From: an uncultured Bacteroidota bacterium
GTDB taxonomy: Bacteria > Bacteroidota > Bacteroidia > Chitinophagales > LD1
DNA: 45,641 nt
Assembly: GCA_903927935.1 (NCBI GenBank)
Contig: CAIYOV010000128.1
Location: forward strand, 1-45,641
Direction of reading: 5' to 3'
Shown: positions 9,019-18,801 of the stretch, piece after piece
Layout of the letters: each line of letters opens with the position of its first letter
Position numbering within the stretch: the stretch's first letter is position 1
The notes under the pieces: model-generated
Told to the model about the DNA's origin: nothing
The model's input: the letters and a program-made list of their open reading frames with translations, nothing else
Databases searched by the model: none
Translations under genes and position numbers: made by a program

Positions 9019-9591
9019 ATGAAGAAGTTAAAGATATTTACGCGAATTATTATTGCTGTTTGTGCGCTTGCTATGGTTCCCTCAAACTTCGTTTCGGTAT
9101 GGCAAATTCAATTAGAAGCACCGCAATATCCGGAAGGAATGAAAATGGAAATCTGGAGTCATAAAATTGCCGGTGACATTGACAAAATCAATAATTTGAA
9201 TCACTATATTGGAATGGCACAGATTAAGGAAGAAAATTTTCCGGAGTTTAAAATTATGCCGTGGATGATTTGGGGTTTCGTTCTGTTAGGGCTAGCTACT
9301 GCAATAGTTGGAAGAAGATTTATGCTCTGGATTTTTACTTCGGTTTTAGTAGCCAGCGGGGCCTGGGGTATTTATGATTTCTGGAAATGGGAATATGAAT
9401 ATGGACATAATCTCAATCCACACGCTGCCATCAAACTACCGGGCATGAGTTATCAGCCTCCTTTGTTTGGTTGGAAACAGTTACTGAATTTTCTTGCGGG
9501 TTCATTTCCCGATATTGGCGGATGGCTCATTATTGCTCCTGCAGTAGTCGTAGTCGCTTTATTGATGTATGAAATGTTTAGAAAAAAATGA
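9019..9591 (+). CDS. nos-cluster integral membrane protein (NosB-like position, function unknown)
   Basis: 190 aa with about 4 hydrophobic segments. It sits between nosZ and nosL. ATGA overlap with nosL. Confidence 0.6.
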   Translation: MKKLKIFTRIIIAVCALAMVPSNFVSVWQIQLEAPQYPEGMKMEIWSHKIAGDIDKINNLNHYIGMAQIKEENFPEFKIMPWMIWGFVLLGLATAIVGRRFMLWIFTSVLVASGAWGIYDFWKWEYEYGHNLNPHAAIKLPGMSYQPPLFGWKQLLNFLAGSFPDIGGWLIIAPAVVVVALLMYEMFRKK

Positions 9592-10016
9592 AGAAGATTT
9601 TCTTCTTCGTGTCTCTTATTGTTTTCCTCTCTTCTTGCAACAACGAGCCACAGGCAATTGTCTACGGTATTGATTTATGCCAGCATTGCAAGATGACCAT
9701 CATGGATAAAAAGTTTGGAGCCGAGTTAATTAACAAAAAAGGTAAGGCGCTGAAATTTGATTCCGGTGAGTGTATGGTAGCTTATATGAAAGCGGACAAG
9801 AATTTCACGGTTGATAAAACTCTTATAATCAATTACGCTAATCCCGAAGAGCTGATTGATGCAGATAAATCATTTTTCCTTCATGGAGGAAACGTAAACA
9901 GCCCTATGGGCGGACAACTTGCTGCCTTTAAAACAAGAGAAGACGCAGAAAAATTACAGAAAGAGTTGCAAGGTGAGTTATTATTGTGGGACAAAGTTGT
10001 AGGACTCAGCTTCTAA
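9588..10016 (+). CDS. nosL: NosL copper-chaperone lipoprotein
   Basis: 142 aa. Lipobox LSSC and Cys/Met motifs CQHCKM, SGECM and SPMGG. Position is upstream of nosD. Confidence 0.8.
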   Translation: MKKIFFFVSLIVFLSSCNNEPQAIVYGIDLCQHCKMTIMDKKFGAELINKKGKALKFDSGECMVAYMKADKNFTVDKTLIINYANPEELIDADKSFFLHGGNVNSPMGGQLAAFKTREDAEKLQKELQGELLLWDKVVGLSF

Positions 10017-10019
10017 TTC

Positions 10020-11255
10020 ATGCGTTACATTCTATTTATTTCCTTTTTGGCGGCATCTCTTTTTCCCAAAGCGGAGGTGATTACACTCTGTAATCAATGT
10101 GAAATAAAAGAACTGAAGCAGGCAATCACTGTTTCAAAGCCCTTCGATACACTTCTCATAAAGTCTGGCATCTATACTTGTATTAACGAAACCATCAACA
10201 AGCCACTCACCATCATTGGCGAAAATTTGCCTGCATTAGACGGACAATCTAAAGATGAAGTCCTCGTAGTGATGAGCGACAATGTAAACATCACCGGTAT
10301 TGAAGTGCGCAACAGCAAATGCGGAAGCATGAAAGATTTTGCAGGGCTTCGTGTTTTTAAATCCCGGTATGTGAAGATTGAAAACTGCGTTCTCAACAAC
10401 ACTTATTTCGGAATCTATCTCAGCGATTCAAAACATATTCTTGTCAAAAACTGCAAAAGCAAAGGCGCCAACTACGGCAAGAGTGACACGGGCAACGGCA
10501 TTCATCTCTGGAAATGCGACAGCGTGACGATTGAAGACAATCATTTGGAAGGTCACCGGGATGGAATTTATCTGGAGTTTGCGAAACACTGCTACATTCA
10601 AAATAATTATTGCGAAAAGAATTTTCGATATGGTGTCCATTTCATGTTTTCCGATAACGATACTTATGAAAACAACACTTTCACTAACAATGGCACCGGT
10701 GTGGCAGTGATGTACAGCAAGGGGGTTCACATGTTCAATAATAAATTCGAAAACAACTGGGGCGATGCTTCTTATGGCCTTTTACTCAAAGACATGACTA
10801 ATGGAATTATCCGCGGAAATATTTTTGAGAGTAACACAGTAGGAGTAACAATGGAAGGCGGAACGAACATGCGGTTTGAGAAAAATAATTTTATAAAAAA
10901 CGGATACGCTATGAAAGTAATGGCGAACTGTCGCCTCGACACTTTTATACGCAATAATTTTTCGGGCAATACATTCGATGCATCTACCAATGGCGAGTTG
11001 AAGGAAAATCTTTTCGAAAACAATTACTGGGATAAATACGAGGGGTACGATTTGAATCACGATAAAGTAGGTGATATTCCTTACCGACCGGTAAGTTTAT
11101 ATTCGGTTTTGGTAGAGCAAATGCCCTATGCAGTGATGCTGATGCGAAGTTTTACGATTGACATACTGAACCGTGCAGAAAAAAATATTCCGAGTATTGT
11201 GCCCGAAACTTTTGTGGACGATAAACCTCTCATGAAAATGATTTCGAAGAAATGA
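10020..11255 (+). CDS. nosD: NosD periplasmic parallel beta-helix protein
   Basis: 411 aa. Signal peptide and repeated N/G-rich beta-helix turns (NN.F..N..G). 4-nt overlap with nosF. Confidence 0.9.
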   Translation: MRYILFISFLAASLFPKAEVITLCNQCEIKELKQAITVSKPFDTLLIKSGIYTCINETINKPLTIIGENLPALDGQSKDEVLVVMSDNVNITGIEVRNSKCGSMKDFAGLRVFKSRYVKIENCVLNNTYFGIYLSDSKHILVKNCKSKGANYGKSDTGNGIHLWKCDSVTIEDNHLEGHRDGIYLEFAKHCYIQNNYCEKNFRYGVHFMFSDNDTYENNTFTNNGTGVAVMYSKGVHMFNNKFENNWGDASYGLLLKDMTNGIIRGNIFESNTVGVTMEGGTNMRFEKNNFIKNGYAMKVMANCRLDTFIRNNFSGNTFDASTNGELKENLFENNYWDKYEGYDLNHDKVGDIPYRPVSLYSVLVEQMPYAVMLMRSFTIDILNRAEKNIPSIVPETFVDDKPLMKMISKK

Positions 11256-11965
11256 TAAGAACAGAAAATTTAGAAAAACATTTCGGCAAACTTCATGTGC
11301 TCAAGGGGGTTAATACTTCTTTTAGTGGCGGTGAAGTAATAAGCGTGATTGGCCCCAATGGTTCGGGCAAAACTACGCTTATCAAAAGCATACTGGGAAT
11401 GGTAGTGGCTGATAAGGGCAAAATTTATTTCGACAATAAAGATGTGGCCAACGATTTTACCTATCGCCATCACATCGGTTACATGCCGCAGATTGGACGT
11501 TACCCCGAGAATATGAAAATGGGCCAACTCTTCGCCATGATGAAAGACCTGCGCAAATCAACATCGGCTTTAGATGAAGAACTGCTCAACGAGTTTCATC
11601 TAACGGCAATGTTTGATAAACCCATGCGCACACTTTCGGGTGGAACTACCCAGAAGGTAAGTGCGGCTCTCGCTTTTCTTTTCAATCCAAAAGTTTTAAT
11701 TCTCGATGAACCAACGGCTGGACTTGACCCGGTGGCTTCCGAAATTCTGAAAGCAAAAATTCTGAAAGCTAAGGGCGAGGGCAAATTAGTCATCGTCACT
11801 TCGCATATCATGAGCGAGGTGGAAGAGATGGCTGATAAAATTATGTATCTGTTCGAAGGCAAAATCAATTTCTTTAAAACCATTGCCGACCTGAAAGCCG
11901 AAACCGGTGAAGAAAAACTCGGAAAGGCCATTGCTAAAATTATGAAGCGCGAAGCCAATGTTTAA
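11252..11965 (+). CDS. nosF: NosF ABC transporter ATPase
   Basis: 237 aa. Walker A GPNGSGKTT, signature LSGGTTQKV, Walker B LILDEPTAGLD. Confidence 0.85.
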   Translation: MIRTENLEKHFGKLHVLKGVNTSFSGGEVISVIGPNGSGKTTLIKSILGMVVADKGKIYFDNKDVANDFTYRHHIGYMPQIGRYPENMKMGQLFAMMKDLRKSTSALDEELLNEFHLTAMFDKPMRTLSGGTTQKVSAALAFLFNPKVLILDEPTAGLDPVASEILKAKILKAKGEGKLVIVTSHIMSEVEEMADKIMYLFEGKINFFKTIADLKAETGEEKLGKAIAKIMKREANV

Positions 11966-12725
11966 AATAAGCAAATACGTTATCTACGATATTCTCCGCA
12001 GCAAGGTACTCATTGCATACACCCTGTTTCTGCTCGCGGTATCGTTCGCACTTTTCTCTCTCGAAACAGATGGCGCAAAAAGTGTAGTGAGTTTGTTGAG
12101 TATCGTGCTCATCATCGTTCCGCTCATCAGCGTTGTTTTTACTACTACCTATTTCTATAACGCCTACGAGTTTATTGAACTTCTCGTAGCGCAGCCACTC
12201 AGCCGTAACACCATTTTATTGGGCGAATTTTTAGGGGTGGCTGTTTCAATGACAGCCGCTTTCCTCATCGGCATTGGAATTCCGGTTCTCATTTACTCTC
12301 CAACTGCAACCGGTGGCGTGCTTCTTCTCTCAGGCGTAGTGCTCACACTATCGTTTGTTTCTATCGCGTTCTTCTCTTCCGTGGCTATGCGCGATAAAGC
12401 CAAAGGCATCGGCATGTCGCTGTTGCTCTGGTTTTATTTTGCAGTTATTTACGATGCTATCGTGCTGGGCATTCTCTTTTCGTTCAGCGATTATCCTTTA
12501 GATAAAGTAGTAATCGCCCTCGCTTCGCTCAATCCTATCGACATGGCGCGCATCATGGTGCTCATGAAACTCGACATCAGCGCACTAATGGGCTTTACCG
12601 GTGCCGTTTATAAACAGTTTTTTGGAAGCAGTTTCGGTTTGCTCTACACAATGGCAATAATGCTTGTCTGGATTATTCTTCCACTTATTGTAGCGGTCAG
12701 AATTTTTAAGAAGAAGAATTTATAA
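11958..12725 (+). CDS. nosY: NosY ABC-2 type permease
   Basis: 255 aa with about 6 TM segments. 8-nt overlap with nosF. Confidence 0.8.
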   Translation: MFKISKYVIYDILRSKVLIAYTLFLLAVSFALFSLETDGAKSVVSLLSIVLIIVPLISVVFTTTYFYNAYEFIELLVAQPLSRNTILLGEFLGVAVSMTAAFLIGIGIPVLIYSPTATGGVLLLSGVVLTLSFVSIAFFSSVAMRDKAKGIGMSLLLWFYFAVIYDAIVLGILFSFSDYPLDKVVIALASLNPIDMARIMVLMKLDISALMGFTGAVYKQFFGSSFGLLYTMAIMLVWIILPLIVAVRIFKKKNL

Positions 12726-12732
12726 TCAGAGC

Positions 12733-14010
12733 CTACCAGCTCTTCCCGTACAATTTATAAGCTTCTCTTTCTAAGGCTTCGCGGTGACTGGGGTGTGCAA
12801 TGCCTATCAGTGCGTTGGCGCGTTGCACAATATTTTTACCATACAAATCCACCGTTCCGTATTCGGTAACAACATACTGCACATGCGCGCGGGTACTTAC
12901 TACACCGGCTCCGCTTTTAAGCACCGGAACAATTTTCGAAACACCTTTACCGGTCATAGAGCCGAGCGCAATAATCGGTTTGCCTTCTTCGCTCAAAGCC
13001 GCTCCCCGCATAAAATCCATCTGCCCGCCTACCCCGCTGAAAATTTCCGTGCCTATCGAATCCGCACATACCTGTCCGGTCAAATCAATTTCAATTGCGC
13101 TGTTTACAGAGGTCACCCGTTTGTTTTTTCGTATCACCGAAGTATCGTTTACATAAGCCACATCCAGCATCGCCACTTCGGGGTTGTCATGAATAAAATC
13201 GTAAAGCGCACGGGTGCCCATGGCAAAAGCCGAAACAATTTTTCCCGGATGTTTGGTTTTCAGTTTTCCGTTAATTGCACCGTTTTTTACTAAAGGCAGA
13301 ATGCCATCCGAAAACATTTCTGTGTGTACGCCCAGGTTTTTGTGGTTACTCAAAAACTGCAACACCGCATTCGGTATTCCTCCTATGCCCATTTGCAGGC
13401 AGGCACCATCTTCCACCAAGGCCGCCACATTTTTTCCAATAGCTGTTTCGGTTTCACTTATAACCGGTATGCTGCATTCCAGAATGGCATCTTCGGCATA
13501 AACGGCAGCCGTTATTTTTGAATAATGAATAAAACCATCGCCCTGAGAGCGTGGCATGTTCGGGTTCACCAGCGCAATAATTTTACGCGCCACTTCGCAG
13601 GCGGCTTTGGCTATATCAACCGAAATACCCAGTGAACAAAACCCGTGCGCATCGGGCGGACTTACCTGAATAATGGCCACATCAATCGGAAATTTCTTCG
13701 CCCGGATGAACAAAGGAATTTCGCTCAAAAACATCGGGATATACTGCACATTAATTTCATTCACATGTGGCCTTACATTTTTGCCTATAAAAAACGCATT
13801 AACCCTGAAAGCATTAGCATAAGCCGGATTCGCATAAGGTGCTTCGCCTTCCGTATGCAGGTGAGTAATTTCAACACCATTTAATTCTTCGTGGCGGTTC
13901 GTAAGCGCATTAATCAGACGTTGTGGCGCGGCCGCCCCGCCATGTATAAATACCCGTTCCTTGTCTTTTACAATCGATACAGCCTCTTCAGCAGAAATAA
14001 AATTCATCAT
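12733..14010 (-). CDS. Acetyl-CoA hydrolase/transferase family protein (4-hydroxybutyrate/succinyl-CoA:acetate CoA-transferase-like)
   Basis: 425 aa. Family motifs LQMGIGGIPNAV and FSGVGGQMDFMRGA. Confidence 0.85.
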   Translation of the reverse strand: MMNFISAEEAVSIVKDKERVFIHGGAAAPQRLINALTNRHEELNGVEITHLHTEGEAPYANPAYANAFRVNAFFIGKNVRPHVNEINVQYIPMFLSEIPLFIRAKKFPIDVAIIQVSPPDAHGFCSLGISVDIAKAACEVARKIIALVNPNMPRSQGDGFIHYSKITAAVYAEDAILECSIPVISETETAIGKNVAALVEDGACLQMGIGGIPNAVLQFLSNHKNLGVHTEMFSDGILPLVKNGAINGKLKTKHPGKIVSAFAMGTRALYDFIHDNPEVAMLDVAYVNDTSVIRKNKRVTSVNSAIEIDLTGQVCADSIGTEIFSGVGGQMDFMRGAALSEEGKPIIALGSMTGKGVSKIVPVLKSGAGVVSTRAHVQYVVTEYGTVDLYGKNIVQRANALIGIAHPSHREALEREAYKLYGKSW

Positions 14011-14071
14011 AAATTTTTACGGGGCGAACATAACGCAAATTGAAGAGTGCCTAATGAAGATGAGAGATAAA

Positions 14072-14836
14072 TTAATTGACTGCAAAAGAAGAATTTTCAT
14101 GACTCAAAACCCCTTCGGCAATTAAATACTCGGCAATTACATAAGTGCTCATAATGCTGAACCCCGCATAAAAGCCGGGTTGCGGCAAAGCCAGAAAGTT
14201 AAGAGCAATCAGCGAATCCGAAATCACAAAAATGCAGGCTCCCGCAAACGTCAACCAAAAGCTCTGGCTGTTGGTTTTGCCCCTGCGGCTAAAGGCCGTT
14301 GCCGCCATACTTATCAGCACAGCCGCGTAAACAATTACAGGAACGGTAACTATCTGCTTCTCGGCATTATGTTGCAGTGGAGGCAGCACTATGCAAAGTA
14401 TACTTACCCAGTAAATCAAAAAAGGCACATAGTAAAGCTTGCTGAACAAAATTCCCGACCCGCCCGAAACGCTGACCGCCCTTCTAAAGGCACTGATAAA
14501 AAGAATCTGGGTAACAAGAAAAGAACCCAGCCCAGCCAAAAAACAATAAGGGCTTTTAGGAATCCCCATCAGCGATGTATCGGCAGGGGTTTCAGGAGTA
14601 AGCATCAGCGATACATCACCAAACCACGAAAACAAAAACGCAAACATCATCAGCTTGTGCAGCTTGCTCCACGTACCGTTCACCGATAAAAAATAATACA
14701 CAGCAATAAGTGGAAGCACAAACGGCTTGGTAAAAAACATCAACCCCCGGTCGTGAACAAACTCGGCATACAACTCAACTATTACCAACAGCAATAAAAT
14801 ATACCTAACGATTTTTGCTTTACTGTTTTCCATCAT
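14072..14836 (-). CDS. YhhN-family (lysoplasmalogenase-like) membrane protein
   Basis: Multi-pass membrane protein. I chose the Met at 14836 (MMENSK) rather than the tracked 14887 start, which would overlap the upstream SDR gene by 68 nt. The family call rests on overall pattern only. Confidence 0.6.
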   Translation of the reverse strand: MMENSKAKIVRYILLLLVIVELYAEFVHDRGLMFFTKPFVLPLIAVYYFLSVNGTWSKLHKLMMFAFLFSWFGDVSLMLTPETPADTSLMGIPKSPYCFLAGLGSFLVTQILFISAFRRAVSVSGGSGILFSKLYYVPFLIYWVSILCIVLPPLQHNAEKQIVTVPVIVYAAVLISMAATAFSRRGKTNSQSFWLTFAGACIFVISDSLIALNFLALPQPGFYAGFSIMSTYVIAEYLIAEGVLSHENSSFAVN

Positions 14837-15833
14837 TTTGTTTTTGTAGTTGATACCATTCAACCGTGCGCTTAATGCCTTCTTCAAAACCCACTACCTG
14901 ATTGTAGTTGATTTCACGCCTGGCTTTTTCAGAACTAAAATGCAAATCGTGAGTAGAAGTATTGACAATATAAGTGCTGATAAGCGGCATTTTTTTCCGG
15001 AGGAAAAGAAAATGAAACACATCCATAAAAAAACCAACCGGCATAAAAACGAAAGAAGGAACAGCACTTAACTTGGGCTGTATCTTCAGCTCCTTACTAA
15101 ATAACTCCAACAGATTTTTGAGATGAAGATAAGGCGGCTCTGCATCGGCAATGATGTAAGTATTGCCCGCAGCATTTTCACTAACACCGGCACACAACAA
15201 ACCAAAAGCAAGATTCTCGGCATACACATAACCGAGTTTCGTTTTCCCTTCATTCACATAACCAATCAATCTTCCTTGCTCTAAACGCCCCAGCATTTCT
15301 TTACTCGTCATCCTGTCATTTGGACCATAAATATTAAACCCCGGGCGAATGATGACCGTTTCAATTTTGTTTTTGTAAGAAACCAGCAACTCTTCGCATT
15401 TAATTTTTGATGCAATGTAGGGTCGCGTAAAAATACCGGGATTCAACAAGGGTGTGGTTTCATCGGCATCATGATAATCAGAAAACCCATGCACCACCAG
15501 CGAACTCATAAACACAAACCTGCGCACTTTCCTTTTTACGGCTTCGAGCAAAAGATTTTCTGTGCCGTTGTAATTCACTTTAAAAACATGACTGCTCCAT
15601 GCTAATGAAGGAACGGCAGCTAAATGGAATATAACTTCTACTCCATTCAGCAAACCATCAAGCATTTCGTGCTTGGTAACGTCTGCATAAACAATCTCGC
15701 AATCTAGTCCGTCCAGATTCGACAAATCGGTTCCGGGTAAAACCATCGCTTTAACCCGGTGGCCTTCGCGAACTAAAAGTTGAGTGAGATTGCTTCCTAT
15801 AAAACCATTGGCACCGGTAACTAAAACGTTCAT
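14820..15833 (-). CDS. NAD-dependent epimerase/dehydratase (extended SDR, 3-beta-HSD-like)
   Basis: 337 aa. Rossmann motif VTGANGFIGSNL and catalytic YIASK. Confidence 0.8.
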   Translation of the reverse strand: MNVLVTGANGFIGSNLTQLLVREGHRVKAMVLPGTDLSNLDGLDCEIVYADVTKHEMLDGLLNGVEVIFHLAAVPSLAWSSHVFKVNYNGTENLLLEAVKRKVRRFVFMSSLVVHGFSDYHDADETTPLLNPGIFTRPYIASKIKCEELLVSYKNKIETVIIRPGFNIYGPNDRMTSKEMLGRLEQGRLIGYVNEGKTKLGYVYAENLAFGLLCAGVSENAAGNTYIIADAEPPYLHLKNLLELFSKELKIQPKLSAVPSFVFMPVGFFMDVFHFLFLRKKMPLISTYIVNTSTHDLHFSSEKARREINYNQVVGFEEGIKRTVEWYQLQKQNDGKQ

Positions 15834-15839
15834 GGTTTA

Positions 15840-16598
15840 TCAGATAAATTTTTGCGGCAACAAATGCAGCCAGTGAAGAGAGAACACGTCAAGAAAAACA
15901 TTCATCACAAAATGAATCACCATACCATACCAAATAGAATTGTAGCGAAACGCAACATAACCAAACACCGGTCCGAAAGCAGCCGCAGCAATAATTTCAG
16001 GAGTGGGTTTCCCGATATGAAACAAAGTTGTCAGGATAGTTTGAATCAGAATGATGAGAATGATTTCTTTCGTACCGGCATTGTCGCCCTTTAAACCAAA
16101 CTGCAAATAACCACGATAAAAAATCTCGTAAGCAAGAAAATAAAACAGGTAAACAGACTGATATGAAATGAAAACCATCCAACTGATTCCAATCAATTTA
16201 CTCAGAGGATATTCAGATTGAATCAAAGGGTCTTGCGAAGAAAAATAAGTAGAGGCAATAACAACACTATAAGCAACTGCACAAATCGCTAGCGCCTGTT
16301 TATTGTATGTAAGTCCTAAACCAAGTTTCGAAAAATCTTCTTTCAGATAATATTTCGTAATCAAAAACGGCAAACACCAAAACAACAACACAGTTGCCGC
16401 AAACTGATAAACGTATTGCCATAGATCAAACCATTTATCACCGATGCCAAATAGTTGATGAAACACCACTAGATCTTTTGAATAAGCCGTTTTGTTCGTA
16501 TACCATAACGCAACAAACCAATAAACCATCGTAATGAGCACAGAAGAAATGAGAACAATCGTTCGTCTTTTTCGAAGAGATATGTAGGTTTGTTGCAC
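15840..16598 (-). CDS. CPBP-family intramembrane metalloprotease
   Basis: 252 aa, polytopic. Motifs YEIFYRGYL, LFHIGK and HFVMN. Confidence 0.7.
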   Translation of the reverse strand: MQQTYISLRKRRTIVLISSVLITMVYWFVALWYTNKTAYSKDLVVFHQLFGIGDKWFDLWQYVYQFAATVLLFWCLPFLITKYYLKEDFSKLGLGLTYNKQALAICAVAYSVVIASTYFSSQDPLIQSEYPLSKLIGISWMVFISYQSVYLFYFLAYEIFYRGYLQFGLKGDNAGTKEIILIILIQTILTTLFHIGKPTPEIIAAAAFGPVFGYVAFRYNSIWYGMVIHFVMNVFLDVFSLHWLHLLPQKFI

Positions 16599-16626
16599 GC
16601 GCTAAAAGTAGATTAAATACAACTAT

Positions 16627-18060
16627 ATGACCAGAGAAAATTATTTAAAAATAATGGCTGCCTTGGGTGCGGGAGCCTTGCTTCCGCAGAATTTATTGGC
16701 AGAACTTCTTACCGGAGAAGAAATTAAGCGCAGCGATTTCGGAAAGGATTTTGTGTGGGGAACTGCCACCGCTGCTTATCAGATTGAAGGAGGCTGGAAC
16801 GAAGATGGCAAGAGCGAAAGTAACTGGGATTATTTCACCCATCACAAACATAAAGTTAAGAACCACGAGACAGGTGATGTGGCGGATGATTTCTACCGCC
16901 GGTATGAGAGCGATATAGAATTAATGCGCAAAATGAATATTCCTGCGTATCGTTTTTCTACGGCATGGTCACGCATTTTACCAAATGGAACCGGCATAGT
17001 GAATCAGAAAGGAATTGATTTTTACCACCGCGTAATCGATAAATGTTTGAAAGAAAATATCGAGCCATGGCTTACCTGTTATCACTGGGATATGCCGCAG
17101 GTGCTCGAAGCCAAAGGCGGCTGGACAAACCGCGAAATGCTGAAGTGGTTTGAAGAATATGTAACTGTGCTTGCAAAAAATTATGGCGACAAAGTAAAAA
17201 ACTGGATGGTGATTAATGAACCGCTTTCCTTTACACTTGCCGGCTATCTCGGAGGTGTGAATGCTCCCGGTACAGTGAGTTTCAAGAATTTTTATTCTTC
17301 CATTCATCATGCCACTATGGGGCAAAGTATTGGAGGAAGGGCCATTCGCGCTAACGTAAAGAATGCCAACATCGGCACCACGTTTGTCGCTATGCCGTTT
17401 GACGGTTGGAAAAATAAGCCCATTAATAACGAAGTGGCAAAGCGTGCGGATGTGATAATTAATCGGATGTTTATTGAACCCGTTTTAGGAATGGGCTATC
17501 CGGTAAAAGATTTGCCTGCATTAAAACACGTAGTAAAGCACATGAAAGAAGATGATGAGCAGAAAATAAAATTCGATTTCGATTTTATCGGTATCCAGAA
17601 CTACACCCGAATGGTGATGAAAAGTTTAGCACTTATTCCGCTTATACATGGATTGCCTGTAAATCCAAAGAAGGTAACGACCCAGGACATAACACAAATG
17701 GGCTGGGAGGTCTACCCCGAAGGTATTTACCGAAGCATAAAACAGTTTGCGGCTTATCCGGGTGTCAAAAAAATCATCATCACCGAAAACGGAGCAGGCT
17801 TTGATGATGTAGTGATAAACGGTGAAGTGCACGACAGTAAACGAACACAATACATCAAGGATTATCTGAAACAGATTTTACTGGCTAAACGAGAGGGCAT
17901 TGATATAGGCGGATATTTCATCTGGAGTTTCATGGATAATTTTGAATGGGCAGAAGGTTATCGTCCGCAGTTGGGAATTGTCCGCGTTGATTATAAAACT
18001 CAAGAGCGAATTATTAAGGATAGCGGGAAGTGGTATAGTGAGTTTTTGAGTGGTAAATGA
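16627..18060 (+). CDS. Glycoside hydrolase family 1 beta-glucosidase
   Basis: 477 aa. TAAYQIEGGWNEDGK, acid/base VINEPL, nucleophile ITENGAG, FIWSFMDNFEW. Confidence 0.9.
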   Translation: MTRENYLKIMAALGAGALLPQNLLAELLTGEEIKRSDFGKDFVWGTATAAYQIEGGWNEDGKSESNWDYFTHHKHKVKNHETGDVADDFYRRYESDIELMRKMNIPAYRFSTAWSRILPNGTGIVNQKGIDFYHRVIDKCLKENIEPWLTCYHWDMPQVLEAKGGWTNREMLKWFEEYVTVLAKNYGDKVKNWMVINEPLSFTLAGYLGGVNAPGTVSFKNFYSSIHHATMGQSIGGRAIRANVKNANIGTTFVAMPFDGWKNKPINNEVAKRADVIINRMFIEPVLGMGYPVKDLPALKHVVKHMKEDDEQKIKFDFDFIGIQNYTRMVMKSLALIPLIHGLPVNPKKVTTQDITQMGWEVYPEGIYRSIKQFAAYPGVKKIIITENGAGFDDVVINGEVHDSKRTQYIKDYLKQILLAKREGIDIGGYFIWSFMDNFEWAEGYRPQLGIVRVDYKTQERIIKDSGKWYSEFLSGK

Positions 18061-18105
18061 TTTCAATCATTTCTCGATTTCTCTGCAGTGGTACACTTTT
18101 GCAAT

Positions 18106-18801
18106 GTGAAAAAGACCTTTCTGTTTTTATTTTTTGCATTATGGTTCTCCAAAATATTTTGTATTCCGTACTTTTCAATTCATCCGGTTGATTTTTCGTT
18201 ACACTCATTTAATTTCAATAAGCATTTTCCTCCATATTACGACTCGCTAAGTCATCGCTTTATACTTAGAAACGAGAAGGCAACGTTTGGAAGAAAATTT
18301 TTAAGAGGAAGTTTAGAAGTAGTCGGATATAATATTCTAAGCACAGCACTATTGTTTGTTCTTCCTGAGCATGTAACTAATTGGCATCAGCCTTACCTTG
18401 GTAAGGTAAATGAACAATACAGGAAGACTTTTTCGCATGCACCTGTGGTTGATGCAGATGTCTGGTATATCAATTACTTAGGTCATCCGTATCAGGGGGC
18501 TTGTTACTATAATGCAGTTCGTTCGCAGGGTGCAAAATTCTGGCAGGCAGGATTATTTTGTTTGGGTCATAGTTTAGTTTGGGAATATATAGCTGAAGGT
18601 GGATTGGAGCAACCGAGCATTCAGGATATTGTAGTTACACCGGTGGTCGGTTCTTTGCTTGGAGAGCTTATTCACTATGGAACCGTAAAGATGAGCCGCA
18701 ATGGTTTTACCTGGTATGAGAAAACTTTCGTGTGCATTTTCAATCCGATGTTTGCTATTAACAACGGGTTTAAATATGCGAGGAAAACTCCTGCGTTTTA
18801 A
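18106..18801 (+). CDS. Hypothetical secreted/membrane protein (possibly DUF3943-like; GHP and EY motifs)
   Basis: I prefer the GTG start at 18106, which gives a signal-like MKKTFLFLFFALWFSKIFC. Contains YLGHPYQG and VWEYIAEGG. The family assignment is from memory only. Confidence 0.5.
   Translation: MKKTFLFLFFALWFSKIFCIPYFSIHPVDFSLHSFNFNKHFPPYYDSLSHRFILRNEKATFGRKFLRGSLEVVGYNILSTALLFVLPEHVTNWHQPYLGKVNEQYRKTFSHAPVVDADVWYINYLGHPYQGACYYNAVRSQGAKFWQAGLFCLGHSLVWEYIAEGGLEQPSIQDIVVTPVVGSLLGELIHYGTVKMSRNGFTWYEKTFVCIFNPMFAINNGFKYARKTPAF

Noticed and set aside
8808-9164. 118-aa plus-strand ORF bridging the nosZ 3' end, the terminator and the next gene
   Set aside because: It is out of frame with nosZ and runs through a strong terminator hairpin. 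It also overlaps the start of the well-supported membrane protein gene.
18798-18801. Convergent genes sharing overlapping stop codons (TTAA)
   Set aside because: This is real but commonplace in compact genomes, and it has no functional implication I can support.
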